A DNA stretch of 64,000 bases. Origin: an uncultured Acidimicrobiia bacterium. Lineage in GTDB: Bacteria > Actinomycetota > Acidimicrobiia > Acidimicrobiales > AC-14. Position numbers and translations under genes: made by a program. Positions 58,584-64,000 of the stretch are shown in pieces (position 1 is the first letter of the stretch; the number at the start of each line of letters is the position of its first letter). The notes under the pieces were generated by a model that saw nothing but the letters and a program-made list of their open reading frames with translations, was not told the DNA's origin and did not search any database. The stretch lies in the NCBI GenBank assembly GCA_963836205.1, contig CAWIIV010000022.1, positions 38,935 to 102,934 on the forward strand, in the 5' to 3' direction.

Positions 58584-59801
58584 TCAGGGGCCGACCTGGA
58601 ACGTGGCCTGGGCGCTGAACGAGCCGCCCTCGCTCCACCGGCCCACCAGGACGTAGGTGCCGGGGGCGACCGGCACGCAGGGCACGTCTCGGCAGTCGTT
58701 CTGGTTCCAGCTGAAGGTACCGGGGAAGGACTGCCCGGGCTCGGCCTTGACCGGAAGGGCGTAGTCGGCGGTGTAGGCGAAGCCGCTCACGTCGTTGCCG
58801 GCGAGGTCCTGGACCGCCCAGCGGACCCGGGCCGGCACCAGGCAGGCGGTGCTCGACCGGTTCTCGAGGGTCGACGACCCGGTGACGGTCTCGCCCGGGG
58901 CGTAGGAGGCCTTGCCCGTCGTCACCGTCACCGCCACGTCCGCCGGCGGGCAGGCCGCCAGCGACGGGTCGCCTCCCGGGGGGACGATCGGGTCCGACGG
59001 AATCGGTTGGATCGGGCTGCTCTGGCTGCCGTCGGGGTCGGCCGGAGTCGTCGGAGGGACACCGTTCTCGGGTTCCAACGACGTGGTCGGCGAGCTGGGC
59101 GCGGCGATCTCGTCGCCGGGGGGCGGGTCGGGGGGCGAGCGGAAGCCGACCTCGCCCAGGGCCAGGCCCAGGGGATCGAGGGCGATGGCCCGGGTGGGGG
59201 TCTGGCCCGCTGCGACCGGCGAGACGAAGAAGTTCACCTCGAAGCCGCGGTCGGTCCCCACCGGGACGAGGTCGACAGGTGTGTCGCCGTCGTGCTCGAC
59301 CCGTACGGCCGCCACGTCCTTGCGAACGGGTCCGCTGACGAAGGTCGCGTCCAGCCCGGAGCTGAGGCCGCCGGCGATGGCCTGACCCGCGCCGGCGCCG
59401 ACCGCTTGCCCGCACTCGCTGCTGGCGCGGCCCCCGTACTCGACGTCGAGGCACAGGCCCTTGTCGCCGGGCCGGGCGAGCAGCCGCCAGTGACCGCCGC
59501 CGACGACATCCCCCTCGGCCACCACCGTGGCGGCCGCGGGACTGGCCCCGCCCACCGTCGCCGGCACCCCCCGCCCGCCGCCCGGGCGGTTGGCAGTGTC
59601 CACCACCTGGCCGGCCGGCCCGGGCAGGAGGGCGGCCACGCCCAGGACGACGGCGACCAGCCCCACCACCGCCGCCCCACCCCGGCCCTGCCACCGGCGC
59701 CGCCGACGACGCTCGGCCCGGGCGACGATGGCCGGGAAATCCTCGGGTGCCATCGCGGGGTCGTCGGCCAGGCGCCCCAGCGCCCGTTCAAGCTCGACCA
59801 T
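58584..59801 (-). CDS. Putative membrane anti-sigma factor
   Basis: Short N-terminus, RRRRRR plus TM, extracellular domains; overlaps the ECF sigma gene. Confidence 0.65.
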   Translation of the reverse strand: MVELERALGRLADDPAMAPEDFPAIVARAERRRRRRWQGRGGAAVVGLVAVVLGVAALLPGPAGQVVDTANRPGGGRGVPATVGGASPAAATVVAEGDVVGGGHWRLLARPGDKGLCLDVEYGGRASSECGQAVGAGAGQAIAGGLSSGLDATFVSGPVRKDVAAVRVEHDGDTPVDLVPVGTDRGFEVNFFVSPVAAGQTPTRAIALDPLGLALGEVGFRSPPDPPPGDEIAAPSSPTTSLEPENGVPPTTPADPDGSQSSPIQPIPSDPIVPPGGDPSLAACPPADVAVTVTTGKASYAPGETVTGSSTLENRSSTACLVPARVRWAVQDLAGNDVSGFAYTADYALPVKAEPGQSFPGTFSWNQNDCRDVPCVPVAPGTYVLVGRWSEGGSFSAQATFQVGP

Positions 59802-60354
59802 GCTGCGTTGCCTCCTCCGGCTCGGGCTCGTCCAGGAGCACCCGCAGTTGGCGGCGGGCGGTGGTGAGGGTGGCCCCGGCCGTTCCCGGCGCCACCCCCA
59901 TGGCGTCCGCCACCTGCTCCTGGGTCAGGTCGAGGACGTAGCGCAGGGCGATCGCCTGGCGCTGGCGGAGAGGAAGGGTGCGCACCGCCTGCCACAGCTC
60001 GGGAGTCAGTGACGCCGGAACCCGTGCCGCCGGCCCGGGCACGTTCGCCAGCCGCCGCTCCATGGCCGCCCGCCGCCACCGCCGGCGGATGAGGTTGACG
60101 CCCACCGTGTGGGCCCACGCCTCGGGCGAGCTCATGGCGCCCACCCGGCTCCACCGCTCCAGGGCCCGGGTGCAGGCCTCGGCCGCCGCCTCCCGACCGA
60201 TGTCGGCGTCGCCGGCGACGACCGCGAGGGCCGCCGCCAGCCGGGGGGCCGACCCCCGGTACCACGCCTCGAAGTCGTCCACCCCTCCTAAAGCCGGGGG
60301 TCCAGGGTTCTGTTTAGTCGTCGGAGGCTCGATGGCCCATTGTCCCCTCGCCAC
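59788..60354 (-). CDS. ECF RNA polymerase sigma factor
   Basis: FEAWY, LPLRQRQAIALRYVLDL, region 4 HTH; start uncertain. Confidence 0.85.
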   Translation of the reverse strand: MARGQWAIEPPTTKQNPGPPALGGVDDFEAWYRGSAPRLAAALAVVAGDADIGREAAAEACTRALERWSRVGAMSSPEAWAHTVGVNLIRRRWRRAAMERRLANVPGPAARVPASLTPELWQAVRTLPLRQRQAIALRYVLDLTQEQVADAMGVAPGTAGATLTTARRQLRVLLDEPEPEEATQHGRA

Positions 60355-60383
60355 CGTCCGGCCGCTCGCTACCGTCGAGTCCC

Positions 60384-61028
60384 ATGGGATCCAAGCGCCG
60401 ACCGACGTCCGTCGCCGACGGTCCCGATCTCAGCCCCCTCGACAGCGCCGGGTGGGTCGCTCTCCCCGGCGTGCTGCCGACCGCGGCCGCGGTGCAGTTG
60501 GCGGAGGACTGCCGGTCGGCGCTGGCCGGGATCGACGACGACGTACGGGTCGGCGACAAGCAGGTGAGCGGCACCCGTCGCCTGGTCGACCTCCTCGAGC
60601 GGGTCCCCGCGGTGGGGACAGCGGTCGGGCACCCCGCCGTCCGGGGCGCCGTCGGCCACCTCCTGGGCGACAACTTCACGGTGGGCGGCGTCATCTTCCG
60701 CAGCCCCGAGCCCGGTTTCGGCGAGCAGTGCTTCCACGCCGACGCCCAGCCCTTCCTCACGCCGGGCCCGTGGCAGGTGGTGACCGCCATCGTCGCCCTG
60801 TGCGACTTCACCGCCGACAACGGTACTACCGCCGTCATACCCGGCAGCCACCGCCGGCCCGACCTCCAGCGACGTTCCGGCAGCCTCGACCATCACCCCG
60901 AGGAGTTGGTGCTCACCGGTCCCGCGGGCACCGCCTTCGTGTTCTGCGGCCACCTCCTCCACCGGGGCACCCGCAACCGGTCGACCGGGCCCCGGCCCGC
61001 GATCCAGATCTCCTGGGGGAGGGCGTAA
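60384..61028 (+). CDS. PhyH family Fe(II)/2OG dioxygenase
   Basis: FHAD, NGTTAVIPGSH, LLHRG. Confidence 0.85.
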   Translation: MGSKRRPTSVADGPDLSPLDSAGWVALPGVLPTAAAVQLAEDCRSALAGIDDDVRVGDKQVSGTRRLVDLLERVPAVGTAVGHPAVRGAVGHLLGDNFTVGGVIFRSPEPGFGEQCFHADAQPFLTPGPWQVVTAIVALCDFTADNGTTAVIPGSHRRPDLQRRSGSLDHHPEELVLTGPAGTAFVFCGHLLHRGTRNRSTGPRPAIQISWGRA

Positions 61029-61046
61029 GCGGAGGACCAGACGCGG

Positions 61047-61077
61047 CCGTGCCCCCCGGGGGGAGGGGGGCACGGTC
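61047..61077. terminator. Hairpin between convergent phyH and lon
   Basis: CCGTGCCCCC...GGGGGCACGG. Confidence 0.55.
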
Positions 61078-61115
61078 CCAGCGGCTGCGACGTAGTGGTG
61101 CGACGAATGGGTGCC

Positions 61116-63488
61116 TCAGGCGGCGGCGGGAACCTCGCCACCCTCGACCGGCGCCAGCTCGAGCGCCAGCTCCAGCACTTCCTTGACGTCTTCCACCAGG
61201 TGGAAGGTCATGGCGTCCTTGACCGCCTGGGGGACGTCGTCGAGGTCGGGCCCGTTGCGCATGGGGAGGATGACCTCCTTCAGCCCGGCCCGGGACGCGG
61301 CCAGCACCTTCTGCTTGACCCCGCCGATGGGCAGGACCCGTCCCTGCAGGGTGACCTCGCCGGTCATCCCCACGCTCGACCGCAGTGGCCGGCCCGACAT
61401 GAGGCTGACCAGGGCCGACACCATGGTGACGCCGGCCGACGGGCCGTCCTTGGGGATGGCGCCGGCGGGCACGTGGAGGTGCACCCGGTCGGCCACCGGA
61501 ATCCCGAGGGCCTCGGCGTGCGACCGCACGTAGGAGAGGGCGATCTGGGCCGACTCCTTCATGACGTCGCCCAGCTGGCCGGTGATGGTCAGTGCCCCGC
61601 CGCCGTGTGCGTCGTCACCCGACGGGAGCGCCGTCGCCTCGATGAAGAGGACGTCGCCGCCCATGCCGGTGACGGCCAGGCCGGTGGCCACGCCGGCAAC
61701 CGCGGTGCGGTCGGCCGCCTCGAAGAAGAACTTCTGCCGGCCGAGCCACGTCTTCACGTCGTCCTCGTCGATGGCGACCGGGGGCTGGATGTCGCCGCCG
61801 GCCACCCTGGTGGCCACCTTGCGCAGCGTCTTGCCCAGCTCCCGCTCCAGGTTCCGGACCCCGGCCTCCCGGGTGTAGCCGGACACGATCGACCGCAGGG
61901 CGTCGTCGGTGACCGAGACCTCGTCGCCCGGCTTACCGGTACCGGACAGGCCGTTGCGCTCCAGCTGGCGGGCCAGCAGGTGGTCGCGGGCGATGGTGAC
62001 CTTCTCGTCGTCGGTGTAGCCGTCGAGGGGGATGATCTCCATCCGGTCGAGCAGGGGCCCGGGGATGGTGTCCATCTGGTTGGCGGTGGCGACGAACAGC
62101 ACGTCGGACAGGTCGAGGTCGATCTCCAGGTAGTGGTCGCGGAAGGTGTGGTTCTGGGCCGGGTCGAGCACCTCGAGCAGGGCCGACGAGGGGTTGCCCC
62201 GCCAGTCGCTGCCCAGCTTGTCGACCTCGTCGAGCAGGAAGACGGGGTTCATGGTGCCGGCCTCCCGAAGGGCGCGGACGATGCGGCCGGGCTGGGCCCC
62301 GACGTAGGTGCGCCGGTGGCCACGGATCTCGGCCTCGTCGGACACGCCACCCAGGGACACCCGGACGAACTTGCGGCCGAGGGCGCGGGCCACCGACTCG
62401 CCGAGCGAGGTCTTGCCCACGCCCGGAGGGCCGACCAGGGCGATGATGGCCCCGGAGCTGCGCCCGACCACCGCGCCCAGGCCCCGGTCGGCCCGCAGCT
62501 TGCGGACGGCCAGGTACTCGACGATGCGGTCCTTGACGTCGTTCAGGCCGGTGTGGTCCTCGTCGAGGATGACGCGGGCGTCGGCCACGTCGAGGTGGTC
62601 GTCGGACTTGGTGCCCCACGGCAGCTCGGTGACGGTGTCGAGCCAGCCCCGGATCCACCCGTGCTCGGGGTTCTGCTCGCTGGTGCGCTCGAGGCGACCG
62701 AGCTCCTTGTCGACCGCCTTGCGGACGTGCTCGGGCACGTGCTCGCCGGCGACCTTGGCCCGATACTCCTCGATGACGTCCTCGCCGTCGTCGGACTCGC
62801 CCAGCTCCTTGCGGATGGCGGCCATCTGCTGGCGGAGGATGAACTCGCGCTGGGTCTTCTCCATCCCCTCGTTGACGTCGTTGTGGATGCGCTCCTTCAG
62901 GGTGATGTCGGCCAGGACGTCGTGCATCCAGGCCAGCACCTTCTCCAGGCGCTGCTCCACGTCGACGGTCTCGAGGACCTCGGTCTTCTGCTCGATGCTG
63001 AGCTCGGGGGCGTAGCCCGCCGTGTCGGCCATCTGGCCGGGGTCGGAGATGCCCCGCAGGTGCTCGTTGAGGTGGCTGACGCCCTTCTTGTCGAAGATGG
63101 TCTCGACGATGGCCCGGTACTCGCGAGCCAGCTCGTGGGCGCGGGCGCCGAAGGGGGGGACGGCGATGGGATCGGCCTGCACCAGCAGGGCGGTACCGCC
63201 GGTGGCGACACCGGCGCCGACGACGGCCCGTTCGATGCCGCGGATGATGAGGCCCCGGATGCCGCCGGGCAGGTCACCGGCGTTCTCGATCTTGCCGACG
63301 GTGCCGGTGCGGGCGTATTTGCCGTCGACGAAGGGCACCAGGAGAAGGCGACCGTCGCCCCGCTCGGCCGCGGCCACCGCCGCCTTGGCCTCGTCGGTGT
63401 CGGCCGTCAGGGTGACGACCATCCCCGGGAGGATCACGCCGGTGGTCAGGGGGAGCAGGGGGAGAGTGGTTGTCTGCAGCTCAGGCAT
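61116..63488 (-). CDS. lon: ATP-dependent Lon protease
   Basis: [31 protein letters not shown]. Confidence 0.97.
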   Translation of the reverse strand: MPELQTTTLPLLPLTTGVILPGMVVTLTADTDEAKAAVAAAERGDGRLLLVPFVDGKYARTGTVGKIENAGDLPGGIRGLIIRGIERAVVGAGVATGGTALLVQADPIAVPPFGARAHELAREYRAIVETIFDKKGVSHLNEHLRGISDPGQMADTAGYAPELSIEQKTEVLETVDVEQRLEKVLAWMHDVLADITLKERIHNDVNEGMEKTQREFILRQQMAAIRKELGESDDGEDVIEEYRAKVAGEHVPEHVRKAVDKELGRLERTSEQNPEHGWIRGWLDTVTELPWGTKSDDHLDVADARVILDEDHTGLNDVKDRIVEYLAVRKLRADRGLGAVVGRSSGAIIALVGPPGVGKTSLGESVARALGRKFVRVSLGGVSDEAEIRGHRRTYVGAQPGRIVRALREAGTMNPVFLLDEVDKLGSDWRGNPSSALLEVLDPAQNHTFRDHYLEIDLDLSDVLFVATANQMDTIPGPLLDRMEIIPLDGYTDDEKVTIARDHLLARQLERNGLSGTGKPGDEVSVTDDALRSIVSGYTREAGVRNLERELGKTLRKVATRVAGGDIQPPVAIDEDDVKTWLGRQKFFFEAADRTAVAGVATGLAVTGMGGDVLFIEATALPSGDDAHGGGALTITGQLGDVMKESAQIALSYVRSHAEALGIPVADRVHLHVPAGAIPKDGPSAGVTMVSALVSLMSGRPLRSSVGMTGEVTLQGRVLPIGGVKQKVLAASRAGLKEVILPMRNGPDLDDVPQAVKDAMTFHLVEDVKEVLELALELAPVEGGEVPAAA

Positions 63489-63527
63489 GAGTGACCTCGA
63501 CGACGTTAAGAAACAGGTATGTATCGG

Positions 63528-63553
63528 AACACGGGCCAGGCCGGTCCTGTTCC
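63528..63553 (-). promoter_or_regulatory. SigR/SigH-type ECF promoter for lon
   Basis: Minus strand GGAAC-18 nt-GTT, 39 nt upstream of the lon ATG. Confidence 0.6.
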
Positions 63554-63651
63554 CTCCCCCGACGCCCAGGCGTCGAAATCCGACCAGGTTCGTCGGAAAT
63601 CCACAGGTTGCGCCCCTTCCATTCCCCAGTCGGCTTCCTTATAGTGGGCTT

Positions 63652-63856
63652 CGTCCGGTGCCGAGCACGCCGGGGGAGGGCGAAGCCGAAGGCGCAAGCC
63701 GGAAGCGGAGCAGGAACCTGGTGGGCAGCAGTGGACGAGGCAAACCGGAAGCAGGCCTGCCCGCAAGGGCGGCCGGCGGAAGGGGCGCCAGCGAAACGCG
63801 GTCCCGAGAAGCGCAAAGGGTCTCGGCCCTGAGAGCTACTCGGGGCCGTTTCGCGT
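63652..63856 (+). ncRNA. Putative structured non-coding RNA or leader of unknown family
   Basis: TTCCAT-17 nt-TATAGT promoter at 63617-63645; nested stems, two GCAA tetraloops, long 3' hairpin; no credible ORF. Confidence 0.5.
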
Positions 63857-63911
63857 CCGTCCGCAAACCGATCGCTGCCTTTTGGGAAGACCGACACCAT
63901 GCTAGGTAATT

Positions 63912-64000
63912 GGGCCCACGCGTTTGAGTGGGGAGAGCGGGTTCGGATCCGAGGCCGCCGAGGCTTCGAGGGCCAGGTGACACCAGCGGCGTGAAGCAAC
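63912..64000 (-). mobile_element. Right end of a second, diverged ISL3 element (runs off the window)
   Basis: IR GGGCCCACGCGTTTGAGTGGGGA; encodes LHAAGVTWPSKPRRPRIRTRSPHS, closely similar to the 45497-45845 transposase tail. Confidence 0.88.

Noticed and set aside
61095-63494. Long antisense ORFs (e.g. 799 aa opposite lon, 631 aa opposite ccmF)
   Set aside because: Shadow frames expected from high GC3 codon bias; no recognisable motifs.
63738-63792. c-di-GMP-I riboswitch (GGCAAACC...GGGGCGC resemblance)
   Set aside because: The following GCAAAGC and second-stem consensus do not match well; left as a test under the ncRNA finding.

Overview
GC-rich actinobacterial chromosome segment. Gene content (DUF3107, pdtaS-whiB-dgk-sigF/rsbW, SCO1664/DUF3090/MSMEG_4193, System I ccm genes) suggests class Acidimicrobiia (inference). 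The core backbone holds an ice-binding protein, a class E sortase, a ccmABCDEFHI operon, Fe-S/regulatory genes, DNA-repair glycosylases, an FrhB-like protein, an ABC exporter, cspA, two HtrA-like proteases, an ECF pair and lon. Accessory DNA comprises three vapBC-type loci, a LexA-boxed DUF222-HNH gene, a lower-GC DUF4062/HEAT islet, a lower-GC island at about 46.4-49.9 kb, and a triple nested insertion. In that insertion a GH24 lysozyme/PG-binding gene is split by an ISL3 element (8-bp TSD), whose transposase is split by a compact 3.1-kb two-tyrosine-recombinase (Tn554-like, no TnpC) element with short IRs, no TSD and about 6 extra bp at one junction. Signals missed by the ORF track include a ~200-nt highly structured putative ncRNA divergent from lon, a 27-aa membrane peptide behind an 18-bp hairpin, a 50-aa acidic peptide, several perfect operator palindromes and tandem arrays built from gene ends. 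Many single-base frameshifts probably reflect long-read assembly errors. All family calls come from motif recognition by eye; no database search was run.
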